A stretch of DNA of 64,000 bases from Macrostomum lignano (lineage: Eukaryota): NCBI GenBank assembly GCA_002269645.1, contig NIVC01000277.1, positions 1-64,000 of the forward strand, given 5' to 3'. The position numbers and the translations under genes are program-made. The stretch's first letter is position 1. The number at the start of each line of letters is the position of its first letter. Of the stretch, positions 35,331 through 48,183 are shown piece by piece. The notes under the pieces are model-generated. The model was not told the DNA's origin. It saw only the letters and a program-made list of their open reading frames with translations, and searched no databases.

Positions 35331-37011
35331 GTCTCTGCCTGGCCGAAAGCTTGTAATGAGTTAGTAGGCTGGGTTGGAGGGTAATAGTGGATCAGGAAGG
35401 GCTGTGGGTAGCTGTATAGGAAGGCAGGCCTATACCTGTTCCACTTGGTGCTCTGACGGTCTCCCTCGGAGTGCCCTCTGAGCGAACAGCCAGCGACCCT
35501 ATTAAAGCTGGAGTGTGCCAGAACCAGGACTGAGTCTGACAGGACGGGACCGTTGGCACGGTCACTATAGAAATGGTGGGTTGGCGAAGCAAAGGGTGAA
35601 ATAGTCCCGACGATTAGCCCTCCTGCCGCTTCAAAGATAAGAGAATGTCTTGGCAAGAGTACCCGGGGTTTGGTAGGTGGGGAGGCTCCTCCGGGTGGCC
35701 ACGGCCGTGGGGAGGTCTTCGGACCACTTTTTCGGCATATTCTAACCCAGGAGAAGGCACGGGCTGCCCCCGAGGTTCACTTAACCCCTGCCAGCCCCGG
35801 GGAGGTTTAGATAAGCCGATTGGGTTTGGGGTAGGCGTACGCTCTGAGGGTCGGGGGTAGGGCCCGCTCTCGGCCTGACTGGCGCCGCTTGCCCGGCTCG
35901 ATGTACAGTCATCTTAGCTCTAATTAGGATCTTAGTGTACATTAGTACACTCCCAACATGGAACCTATTTCTCTCTAGTGGCGTAAGAGCCTGTTCAATG
36001 GCTGAGGCGCCGGATTTACTTATTTAGTTAGTTAGTTAGGGCTGCGCGGCGGACCAGAGTTGCCTGGGAAACGGGGCGCACTAATGGGGGGAATTCAATA
36101 GCTAACGATGAATGATTGTATAGAGGGCGAGGCCTTTAAATGGTGAATTGGGATGGAGGGCAGGGCACCAAATAATTGGGGAAGAGTTAGGAGGTCTATG
36201 GGGTAGAGAGGCGGGATGCCTAATACCAAAGGAAGGTTTAGGGACAGGCAAGGACCTGGGCAGACACTAAGTCTAGATGAGGGAATCGGCAGAACGCCAG
36301 GTTAAATTGGGGATCTCGGGTTAGGGGAAAGGCAGCACGCCTGTTCAACTTGGAGGGGATGAGGTAATCACTTCTGAAGAGACTGTACGTTCTCTTTGGG
36401 AGAAGAGTAAAGGCTGTACGTTTATAGCTGAACAAGGCCTTCTAGGAAAAGGGGAGGCTGGGCGCCTTCAAATGAGGAAAATTGAGTCAAAATCTATTTT
36501 TAGAACAAGTGTTTTAAGTGTAAACATTAAAACCTTGGGCTAAGTCTGCTAGCTGAAAGCCAAAGCAAAGAGCGCTGGGCAAGGAGTATGCTTCTCCCGA
36601 GAGTTATTTCGCTTGTATTTATAGGATTCTTGACAAAAATGGCTAACAAATATTAACAAACTTTTATTATGAATGAGTCTGTACAAGTACCAAACGAATA
36701 ATATATCATCAAAGTTTTATAAAAATAGCGTTTAATATTTTCAAGTTCAGATTTAGTAAGAATAAAAAATATGCGTAATAAGGCATAGCGGATTGAGGCA
36801 TAAACGAGTTACATATGATAAACATTTGCTAATAAACAGATTATTGAAGTGTGCAGAAAAACGAGTTATTTAACACCTGCCACAATTGGCTTTCCTGAAA
36901 GAAATTTTTAAACGAGTTTATTGAGTGCAAAAATTTATACTAATAAAAAACTACGAGTATAGTGCAAAAGGTGAAACACGTTTATTGTTCAGTTACACGC
37001 ATTACAGTCAC

Positions 37012-39040
37012 ATGAAGCGGAAGTCTTCAGGCAGCCGGTCCGGGTACGGCCAGCGGCACTTGTAGCCGAGCCAAGGAACCTCAGTGACGAGATTATCCGT
37101 GTTGTACTGCCGCTGTCCTCGGTTCAAGTCGTTGAGGGCGTACACTGTGGCGCGTTGCCAGGCGGCGATGGCCTGGTTAGGCTGCATCAGCCGCAGCCCT
37201 CTCAGGACGGGCCGGCCGCACGTCTTCTCGCTGGGGAACTCCCGGCCGTCTAGTTAAAAATGGGCCACGCGGATCAAGTACAACTTAAGGTTGTTACATA
37301 ATGCTAATACTCTGACCGTCGATATTCGGGCAGTCTAGCGGCGACGAAATGAAAATTCTCGTCTAAATCACGAGGGTGCTGATGCTGAGCCCGTGGGGCT
37401 GTCTCGGCCATTAGGGGTGGAATGTCGACCCTAAGGCTAAGCGGTTCGACTTTGACGGTTGGATCAGCTGCGAATCTAGGCCTAGTCTGGTGCTGAGGCC
37501 TCATACTGTAGCTAGCTGGAGACTTTACAAGCGGCGACTTCTGCGGCGAACGGGAACGCTCTTGGGGGTCGGGGGGAGGCGTAGACGATGCAGGCACTTA
37601 AGGGCCAAGGCGGCTAAGTTTGCCGGGCTGAGGGGCCTCTCGTAGCGATATGACTCTAGAGCGCTTGCCGCCGGGGGTTGGCGTTGAACGGCTTCAGGGT
37701 TTATGAGTTTATGGGTTTATGGAGCCTCTGATTGGCGTTGCAACAGTTGCGTACGTCCTTTGGGTGTGATACTGGCTGCTTGGGCTCTGGCCGGCTTGGT
37801 GGCGACAGAGGCCAGTTTCGGGTTTGGTCCAGGGAGGCTAGGTCTCGTTCTTTGCCGTTCGGGTGCTGGGAGCTCATTCTCGTCGTTAAACTCGCTGTCT
37901 TCACTGTCGCCTAAAGACAGTTCGTCTTGCAGGCGCTGGAGTTTATCGGCTTCGAAACTCTTAGAGATAGTCTTGCAGGGATTAAAAATCGATTCGATAG
38001 TTTAGGGAAGAGTTAAAATTGAAGTTGACAGTTATTGTTGTGGAATCGAAAAAAGGCTCTTGAACTTAAAAACAGGACAACTATTACCTCCTTTCGGATC
38101 GATAAATTAGAGGGTTCTTTGTAAAATTCACAGTTTTCTAGTCGAGGGTATCTTTCAAATTTCGGGGTCTATTGTGCAATCGGGGACGGCGAAGGAAGGG
38201 TGAGAAGGCCAAAATTGTAGGTTACGCAATAGATTGAGGGCTGTTAGTAGTCTGTCAAGGTGGCATCCACATCTCTGTTTGGTCTGGGGTTGGCGTCTTA
38301 AATTGTAGGGGTGAGGGTGTGCGGGCTCTTGATCTCGCGGGACAGGAGAGGGGGGTAGAGGTTAAGGGGTCTCTTCGTTCGGGGCTTCATTCTCTGACTC
38401 ATCGTTTCCCTCATTCTCTTCCTCTGTCTCGGCTTCATTCCATTCTTCTTCTGTCTCTTCATTGTTCTTTTCTCTTAATTGGCATCGCCAATTATTTTTT
38501 TCCTTACCGGATGACTTCGGTTTCGGGAGATTCGGCTGGTTCTGGTAAAATAGGCTTTGGGATTTTCTGACGGAGTCGTTTCTTGGGCTTGGTTGAAGCG
38601 GAAGCGGGAACTGGAGTGGAAACGGGAGTGGGGATGGAAGCGGGAACGGAAGCGGGAGCGGAAGCGGAAGCGCCTCCCTGGCTTTCTTTAGGGAAAAGTT
38701 CTGCGGTGGAATTGGGTACGGGAGTTAAATTATCTCGGTGCACGAGCATTTTTTTCCGACTAATTCTTTGTCCAATTGTCCTCTTTCTGGACGTTAAAAA
38801 CTACATCCGATAGTTGCGCTAAAACTCTGAAGGCATATCTTTTCTTTCGATGGAACTTATGAAATTCTTCATTATCTAATTGAGGATAGTTAAGGCAAGG
38901 CAGCCTATGGGAACTCTCGGGGGAAGTTTGTTAGTCTCGGCGGCAGTCTGTCTCTTCTCTACTACCTTTTCTAATTTCTTCTTAATTATTTTGTGTGCTT
39001 CCTCCAGTCTCTCGGCGTGTTTAGAAATGTAGGCGGGGTA
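37012..39040 (-). mobile_element. Second Gypsy element: integrase tail plus a downstream extra ORF
   Basis: YISKHAERLEEAH..FHKFHRKK..VLAQLSDVVF..LVHRDNL (38500-39040) is homologous to the 34315 integrase tail. Further Pro/Ser-rich coding sequence at 37012-37900. Confidence 0.7.
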
Positions 39041-39049
39041 ATCAGCATG

Positions 39050-39360
39050 TTCTGCTGAATGTCGCCTTGCTGCTAAATTCCGTCTTGTTGCTGAATGCCG
39101 CCTTGCTGCTGAATGCTGCCTTGCTGCTGAATGCCGCCTTGCTGCTGAATGCCGCCTTGCTGCTGAATGCCGCCTTGCTGCTGAATGCCGCCTTGCTGCT
39201 GAATGCCGTCTTGCTGCTGAATGCCGCCTTGCTGCTGAATGCTGCCTTGCTGGTGAATGCCCGCAGGCAGTGCCAACTGCTGAATGTCGGCAGGCGGTGG
39301 CAGCTGCTGGATGTCGGCAGGCGGTGGCAGCTGCTGAATGTCCGCAGGCAGAGGCAGCTG
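39050..39360 (-). repeat. Coding-type minisatellites: 18-bp (IQQQGG) x about 11 and 24-bp (PADIQQLP) x3
   Basis: gccgccttgctgctgaat repeats, within ORF 39073-39618. Confidence 0.9.
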
Positions 39361-42300
39361 CTGCGCACTGCCGCCTTGCTGTTGAGTTGGTGGCCGATGT
39401 TCACCGACGATAATCAATTCTTCTTCTCCCTCCTCGCTGGCAGCATCCAGATCAATATTACCATCAGAATCATTACTTTTTGGAGACTGCCTTTGCCGAC
39501 ATATGGAGAGACATATGGAGAATGTCTTTGCCTTTTTCTTCAATGCGACGTCGCTCACCAACTGGTTGCAGTGCAACAAAGTCGTTGTCGCTGTTTTGAC
39601 CTTCATTGATGCCCGCAATTACCTGGCTTAGCGACTCACGAGAAGCCTGTTCGTCGGCTGCCAGTTTCTGAGCCTTCTGCATCACCATTCGCCTCAGGTT
39701 GCGCATGCCATTATCGCCACTGGGCAGCTGTAGATGACCACAGTGGGTCCTGACTCCTTTTACCACATGGCCACATTCTTCTTGATCATCCCGCATTGAC
39801 AGCAGACCAGCCATGAGCTTCTTTCACTGCAGCTATCATGCCGGGCCGTTAGCTCACCCAAAACAACTTTGTTGCAGGTCAGACAAACGTTTAATTGAGC
39901 AGAGCTGCTGCTTTTTGTTTTGTTTTGTTTTGTTTTTGGAAAAAATTAAATGGGCCTTGAATACTCTTTGAGGCTTCGAAGACGCAGGGAGGGGTGGAGC
40001 CTTGCTATTTATGTTTTTTTAAAAGAATGAGATGGCGTCGATTGGGGAAGATATCTTTTTATAATATTTAATTGTATTTTTTAATAGTTTTATTAGTATA
40101 CATTGACAATATCCCCCATTGCGAACCCCACACACCCAAACCCAAACCATCATATGCCCGCCACCCCAGCTCAACCCCTCTTTACGATTGGCGATCTTAG
40201 TAATGCTCTTTGTAAAACATTGTGGTTGTAAACATGTTTGTGGGAACTAAAAACTGAATTCGGTGCTGCTACACCAAGTGTTCGCAGAACTTTATGGCTT
40301 GTTTTTGTTTTCGCCCTCCTGCAAGCTCCACCCATCCCGCACTAACGGGTTCTGTTATCTATACCCAACAAACCCCCCTAATATTTAAACACTCTCCTGG
40401 ACTCTAGGCTCCAAGAAATTAGACTTCGTTCTTCTTTTAAAGTTCATAGTTATTACTATTAAGCAAGAACTCTCATGGAATTATTTCTAGATAAATACGA
40501 GCGTAGATACAAACTATTAGTATAGTGCATTATTCAAAAGCGATTGCTCATACAGTCATGGCCACGGGAAAATTCCCACGGATCATTCCCGCAGGAAACA
40601 AATTTCTCCACCCACCCCCACCGAGACGCGACCCTCTGTTGTGTCACCCTATTACCTCTCATTATCGTCTCTACTGTGCTCAGATTTAAAACTTAAACGA
40701 GAAAGCACTACTGTAAGTAGTAACATAAAAATGCAAAAACTTGAAAGCTAGAAATTCCAAATCGTCAAACTATTTTTAAGACCACGAAAGCAACAAATGA
40801 TCATCTTTTGCAACATTCAAATTTAGAACTCTGAATATGGGATTCGATGCTCAAATTTATTGTATTCTATAAGGGTCAAATTTCAAAAACGCAAAACGTT
40901 CAAGTACTAAAAATAATCAGTTTTTCGCAAGATTTTCCTATAAATATAAGCCAAAATCCGAGCAAAAACTCTCAGACTCGGAGCAGCCTCTAAAGATCTT
41001 TGAGCTTGCTGGAACAGCTAAGCGAGGCTACATCTCTGAGGAAATAAATACCGTTCGGTTAGACTTTGTTCGAGCCTTTGTTATTGAATTCATTTTGAGA
41101 GCGATTTATTGCCGGCCGTTACTGTTCAGTTCATTTTACTGAGACTAATGAATTTGAGGCCTCCATTCCCGTATAACATTTAGACGTTACCCTAAGGTCC
41201 CAAATACGTCCCCAAATATCGTCTAATTAAAATGGCCTTTTTCACACACAATTGCCATCTATATTATGTAGGCAATAATAGAAAAGAATAAAAAGCAAGT
41301 AAGAAAATTTCCGTGCACCACAAAAACTCTTTTAAAAAATGCGTTATATTAGAACGTTACTGATACGCAATTTAAACGACACAATGATACGTAAAAATAA
41401 AAGTTTAATTTCTTTTTAAATCGAGTTTTTGTTGTTTTCAGAAATTCGATCCTGTACTACAAAAGAATTTACACATATGTCACTGTTGTATTTCGACACT
41501 ATTTTGTGTCTTTAAGCTTCAAATCGCGCGCCCAAAAGCAAATTACTCTTTGTTTAGTTGCTTGTTACGTGTTCCTCTTAGAAATTTGAATGAAGTGTTT
41601 CTAGCTGACGCAGACTCCATGTGTGAGAGCAAGATGTGCATTTTTCTGCTGGATAGTGAATTATTATCGTTTTTTACTTCTTAAGTAGCTTATATTGGTT
41701 GTGAAACTAAACTTTGTATCTGGTTTCGATGTAATTGTCGTGCATATATAACTCATAAATTGACTGTTAGCTAAGTTAGTTTTCCAATTTCGGAAGCTCA
41801 GTAGGGTAGGTAGGCCTTTATCTCTTATCTACGCTCTATATATATATTATTTTTTTGATCTAGCTATGCTTATTTTCTTATAATTGTATATTTCTAATCT
41901 CAATTAGGCTCTCGTATGTTATGCAGCAATGATCAATTATATTCATTCCCATTGGAACATTAAAAATTTACTATTATGATTCTTAAAAGTTGAGCCTAGC
42001 TATAAGTATAAGTTAATTCAACTCCTAATCAACAATTCAAAATTAAATGGCATCTAATAGACATAAAAAGGCTGCAAATCAGTTAATGCAATTAAGTGCA
42101 CACTTAGTTACATCTTCTAGTGAATCTGATTCTACTGACAGTATTAATAATGACAATTCAACTGCTAATGATTCTCAACTCCAAGACCAAAATATCATTT
42201 CAAAGTCTAGTAATTTCTCAGGTGTAATATCTGATTCTAATAATAGTTCTAGTGAAGATGCTTTGGAAGAAGTTGAAGTTGCTATTAGTAATAATGATGT

Positions 42301-44900
42301 TAGTAGCAGTGGTAGTGGTAATGAAAGTTTTGGTAGTTCTATAGACCAAGAGTCTAATAATGAAGATTTTAGTGAGAAATTTAACCAGGTCTGTATTGAT
42401 CATAATTTTTCACATGTGGCAATCAAAGATCTTCTTAAACTATTAAAGCCAAGCTATCCAGAGCTTCCAATTGATCCTCGTACATTTCTTAGGTCTTCGG
42501 GGACAATTGAGCTAATTGATGTTCCTCCTGGTAAATACTATCATTTTGGAATTGCTTCTGGCATCAAGTATATATTTGATTCTCTGAATGTAGTGCATCT
42601 ATTGCCACAATCAGGCAAAATCCATCTTAATGTTTGTATTGATAGGTTGCCCATTTTTAATAGCTCCGTGTCTGGTTTTTGGACCATTGTTGCATCTATC
42701 CAAGGCATTAAATCATCAGAATTTCTTGTTGGAATTTATTATGGGCCTTCAAAGCCATCAAGTTCTAACATTTTTTGGCTCCATTTATAGGTGAAATGCG
42801 CATATTACAAGATGGATTTTATGTATATGGAATTGAATATAAGATATATCTAAAGTATGTTTTTTGTGACACACCAGCACGGTATTTTATTAAGAATATC
42901 AAAAGTTATAATGGATACTATGGATGCGATCGTTGTCATCAGAAAGGAACAACAAACTATGAACAAACTCGCAACAAAGGCAGGACTGTTGTTTTTCTTG
43001 ATTTGAATGCTGAGCGTCGAACAGACAAATCATTTCGAGACCAGCTCCAACCAGCTCATCATCATGCCCACTCAGCTTTTGAAGATCTTCCTATTGATAT
43101 GATCTCTGGCTTCCCAGCTGACTCCATGCATTTGCTCTATAAAGGTATTGGGCTCATGGCCTTAAAGATACTCAAAGAAGGTAAACTGCCATTTCGCCTT
43201 TCTCAGTTGCTTCAAGGACAAGTTAATGCATACCTTATGCATGCAAGGAAGTATTTACCAACAGATTTTCTCGTAGGCCAGAACTGTTGCAGCATCTTTC
43301 TTTGTGGAAAGCAACAGTAGTACGTCTATTTTTCTTGTATTTAGCACCTTTTGTTCTCATTCCGCATGTTGGCAATGATGATTTTCTTAACTGGTTACTT
43401 TCATTTCATGTCATCATTAATTTGTTTAACTCTCCAAGTTTGAGCAATGAATATCTAGATTTTTTGCAGCAACTTTGTACTACATTTGTTACACAAACAA
43501 GAAATTTACTTGGAAGCCAGTTTGTTGTATACAATGTCCATTCTCTTTTGCACATCTTTGAGGACTTTCTTGCTCATAGAAATATTAATGAAGTGAGTTG
43601 CTTTCCATTTGAGAATTTTTTAAGATTTGTAAAGAGGCTTGTTCGTTCACCAACTATGCCTTTACAACAGGCTGTCAAAAGAGTAAAGGAAAACAATCAG
43701 TGCCTAGGGCAGTTTAATCCATGTGTTAGAGAGTCAGAAATCAAACTACACAAAGAGCACACAAGTAATATTCTACCACCTGGAGTGATTCCAATGAATG
43801 TTACACAGTATAAAATATTTAAACTGCCATCAACTCAAATTGTTACTAATGAGCGAGATGGATTCATTCTCTCTAACTCTGGAACCATCCTCCAAGTCAG
43901 AAACATTGTTCATGACAGCAAGGGTCATATTAGCTTTGTTGGCCAACAATTCATGCGTAAGGAACCCTTTCATAGCAGAATAATTCAATCAGATACCCAG
44001 TGGGGAATTTCAGTACGCCCAACCGTGCGCTGACGGCGGCGCCCCTTTTTGAGCGCCCGTGCGCCGACGCGTACGGTATAGGACTACGCCGCGCGGTTGC
44101 CCCGAACGGTGCGGGGCGCACGGTTGGATATATATCGAATATACCAGGGTACTACCTTTTAATAGTAGTATACTTAGCGCATGTAAGAAGAACTAGTTTA
44201 AATTTTTGCATTTGCAGGCATATTGTACGTACCGCTTATTGCACGAATTTCCCAAGGAATAACTATAAGAGTGTTTGCAATTACTTTAACTAATGAACTA
44301 CTCGTAGCGCTGACTTTCATTTTATTTGTGTATTTACAGAACAACTTATAAATGAGAAGAAAAACTTACACTAACGAAATTTTAAGAATACGTAAGATTT
44401 CTACATGTAAGCATATTTTTAAAAATTATACATGAACTTTAAAAATTGTAATAATGAAATAAAAGCAACATTAAATTTGATGTTAGCAACGGTATAGTGT
44501 CCGTAAAAAACTAAAAAGTACCAGGTAAGACGTATAACGGAATAAATAAGAATTAGAATAGAACAGACAAAAAATAATTTACGCAAAAGTAAGTTCATTT
44601 CAAGCATTATAGATATGGGAAACAAGCCTGTAAACTGTCTCCTACATTTATAAATTTATTCGACGAGTTGTGACGAGTGTAAGCTAGGATTTATACCCAT
44701 AAGGCTTGTTTCTTACCTCTCCTATGGTTTCTGCCCTTTCTGGCACCATCTCCCAAAAATTTCTGACCCCTCCAACAAAGCGTTAGCGCCTTCTGTGACA
44801 AAGTTTCTGAAGCCCTTTGAAAGTAACCCATTCTACTGTATCAGTGTTCAGCAGTCGCAACTGTCGATACTTATTGATTTACATGCAAAAAATCCAGTCA

Positions 44901-47805
44901 TTAATAGTGGTCAGTGTCCCTCTGATCATCTTCAGACTCTGACGACGACACAAATTTTTGAAATGGCACCGGCCGCTGCACTAATTTGCGGCTCTTACGG
45001 CCCCGGCCCTGGCGCTTGCTTTGTGGCGCTTGGCGCTTTTTATGAGTTGACGGCGGTGCAGCTGAGGCAGCAGAGGCGGACAACCTTCTGTCGTTAGAAG
45101 GCGTCGATGCCGGATCTGCTGAGGCAGCAGAGGCGGACAACCTTCTGTCGTTAGAAGGCGTCGATGCCGGATCTGCTGAGGCAGCAGAGGCTGACAACCT
45201 TCTGTCGTTAGAAGGTGTCGATGCCAGATCTGCTGAGGCAGCAGAGGCTGACAACCTTCTGTCGTTAGAAGGCGTGGATGCCGGATCTGCTGAGGCAGCA
45301 GAGGCTGACAACCTTCTGTCGTTAGAAGGCGTGGATGCCGGATCTGCTGAGGCAGCAGACGACCCCCTAGGGCCCCTATTATTGGTCGGCGTTGATGCAG
45401 GGGCAGCGGGCCGATTGGCTGCTCCAAGTACAGGCTGTCGCCGATGTATTCTCCCAGCAATTCTGTCGTTGCCGCGTTTGAGTTGATCCACAACGACAGT
45501 TTTTACATTGTCTCGGGAGGGACGCCCAAGCTCTTCAGACGGGCCATAGATGGTGGTGATGGCATCTGTGGGTTCAAAAGTTGACCGGTATATATTGTTG
45601 AGCGAAATTACGAAGCGCTAAGTTAGATTTCCTTAGTTTGGTATGTTAAATAAAGAATTGTTTTTAGATTTTGCTAATACTTGTACGCCTATGTTACCCA
45701 TCTCCCCATTTAAAAGTAAAAAGGAATAAGTACGGATTTATTTTGTGTAATAGACAGAAATTCCATACCTTGAAATCTCTCAATGAATACGGCACTAAAA
45801 GCCAATTCGCCATCTGATAGGATAGTCTCAATCCCAGCGTTATGGGCTCTCGCCTGCAGGTCATTGCCCTTAAAGTTTATGACCGCCTGCATATTCGCCG
45901 ACAGAGTGCAGTCCAGCATAGCCCGGATAGAATCCTGCCATCTCTGTCTCCGACACAGACGCAGTAGAAGCCTCTGGAAATAGTTATGGTAATGATATAC
46001 ATTCTGTATTTTCAATGCTAATTTTGTATTATACACGTATGTAAAGAGCTTTAAAGTTGATTTTCTGTCATACTACTCACTAGGTATAATCAGTAGAGTA
46101 ACTAGAAAATTTTGCTTAGTTTAAGTTTGGAATTTAATTTATCGAAAATTTAGCTTAAAAAATCTGAGTTTCTAATTCTAACACATTTTGCATGGCCAGA
46201 GGCTAAATATATATTTGTTGGCGAAATATAAATATAATTTACCAAGGATGCTAAATGCTCCACTGGCCGCTCGTCAGCAAACTGAACGTACTGCTCCCAG
46301 CTTCTGATAGGCCAAAAGGTGGTCTCCGGTGCAGCGTCTGGGTCCAGCGAAGCTGAGATCCGCGTCAGCTCAGCACGCATTCCCGACACCTCGTTGACAA
46401 CTCTGTTGAGATGCTCCACGAGCTGAATATGCCGTACCTCGGACTCCCGAAGGTGAGTTAGCTGCACAAATAGCAGCCCAAGAACACTGTCCAACGGGCC
46501 CGTGTGGCGTCTTTCAAATTGGTCCTGTAAGGACCGAATGCCTTGCGGCCACTGTTGCTGTTGCGATGTTGCTGCAACTGGCTGAGCTGAATTTTCTGAA
46601 AACATCCCACTTGATGCCGCAGTTTCACCTGACGGACTCTTTGGCACGGTAGAGTCATTCGGGACTCGGCGCCTCGGTTTTGGTGTTGGCGGCGGGCCTG
46701 TTGCTGATGGCGTCGGCACCGGGGCAGCGTCCTCTACGGCTGACTCAGTCTCGAGTGGCAGAGACTGCACCGACTGTGGCGGTTGCATAGTCGTATCGTT
46801 GCCCCCAGCTTCTGGCGACACAAGCGATGTTGGTGGTTGAGACTCCTCGGCCGCGTTTCTGTCATCCGAACTAGGTGACATGGGCAGAAGCTGAGCTGCC
46901 GTCTCTACCACTTCTGCTGCTCCAAGCCGATAACAAACCGCCTCACTTCGCTGCTCATCATCTGCATCCCGAGTCTCGAAGAAGGTGTCTGTATCAGACG
47001 CGGAGCCTATTGCAACATCCTGTGTGATTTAAATAAAAATTCTGCATTTAGAGTTGATTAGTGGATGGAATCTAATTCCACTGAGATAATGCTATGCTAG
47101 CTAGATCTGCTTATTTCGAAGAGAAAACCTCCGACTTTGAATTGGATGGACAGACGAGAGTCTTTGAGTTTATTTACGGATAATTTACGGATATGGCTCG
47201 GTTAATGCATATAGCATATATGAGAAAGTGTTGTGGTTATTGTTGATAATTTCAAAGTTGTTCGTGATGTGCTTAACGACTTATTGGTAGAGCTCATGAC
47301 CCATGATACCAAAGCTCATAATTTCTATATTGCTGGCGCGATACACAAGGAACTCACACGACTTTGGTAACGACGACGGGCTTCCTTGGCGTCATCTTCA
47401 GTAAACACACGAGGCTGCACCTTAGCCAAAACATCACAAAGCCGAACCTTCTTGGCTACTAATTCCCGGATGAACCGGATACTACTAGTAGGCTGCAACT
47501 CCTTGGACAGAATTACCTATAAGAAAAAAAAGCAACGAGACGATTGTCAGCCTGGGAAGTCTTCGATGCATGAAATTCACAGCAAACAATGAATGAAATA
47601 CACAACTTACTTGGAGAATGACAGCCTCGTAATATTCCCCTTCGTATTCTACCGAGCAATTCCAGATGTCAGTTGACTCTCGGTACTTCAGCCATTCTGA
47701 TTCCGTTAATACTGCTAGATGCGGAGGCAGTCTAACATATTCTGTTTCAGTCTCAATGACTTGTCTATCAACTTTAAAAACAATTACGAATTTCATTATT
47801 TGCAA
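44901..47805 (-). CDS. DUF4806-like EnSpm accessory gene, copy 2 (multi-exon)
   Basis: Exons near 47805-47611, 47020-46225, 45980-45780 and 45580-44901 with GT/AG boundaries; DSIRAMLDCTLSANMQAVINFKG..VDQLKRGNDRIAGR. Divergent from the transposase. Confidence 0.7.
45058..45360. repeat. 54-bp tandem repeat x about 5, coding for 18-aa Ser/Ala-rich units on the minus strand
   Basis: acaaccttctgtcgttagaaggcgt.gatgccggatctgctgaggcagcagagg repeated. Confidence 0.95.
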
Positions 47806-48183
47806 AAATGCTAAGATAGATCGGGGTACGAACCTTGAATGGGGTTGTTGGAGTGCTAGGAAAATAGATACGAGCTGGAGAGAACAGAACTAAACAGCTT
47901 GTAGTGGCTTTTCAGTCCCCGCCATGGTTTTCGGGGGACGAACTCCGGGACCAATGCCATTTCTTCAGGGCGGCCGCGGTAGGTTGGTAGTAAGTTCTAG
48001 CCGACAGCCGGCAGCCAATTAGCTTAAAGCAAAGTTAAAGCTTTGAAAGCTTTGAATTAGAAAATTTGCTTTTTAATTGATTTTTATAGTACGAGCATAC
48101 GAGCTTGATTTGTCTAGAAAACTTTCAATTTTCGAATTATCACCTAACTTCTATTTTTTACGGCATTTAATGTTCACAAAATA

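Noticed and set aside
39067-39609. Plus-strand LLNAA-repeat ORF, and similar antisense ORFs at 17996-18328 and 5909-6283
   Set aside because: Antisense shadows of minus-strand coding repeats or genes.
39473-39900. FLYWCH/MULE-like zinc finger
   Set aside because: Only a loose H-x-H and helical pattern; the W-x-C core is not in frame; insufficient support.
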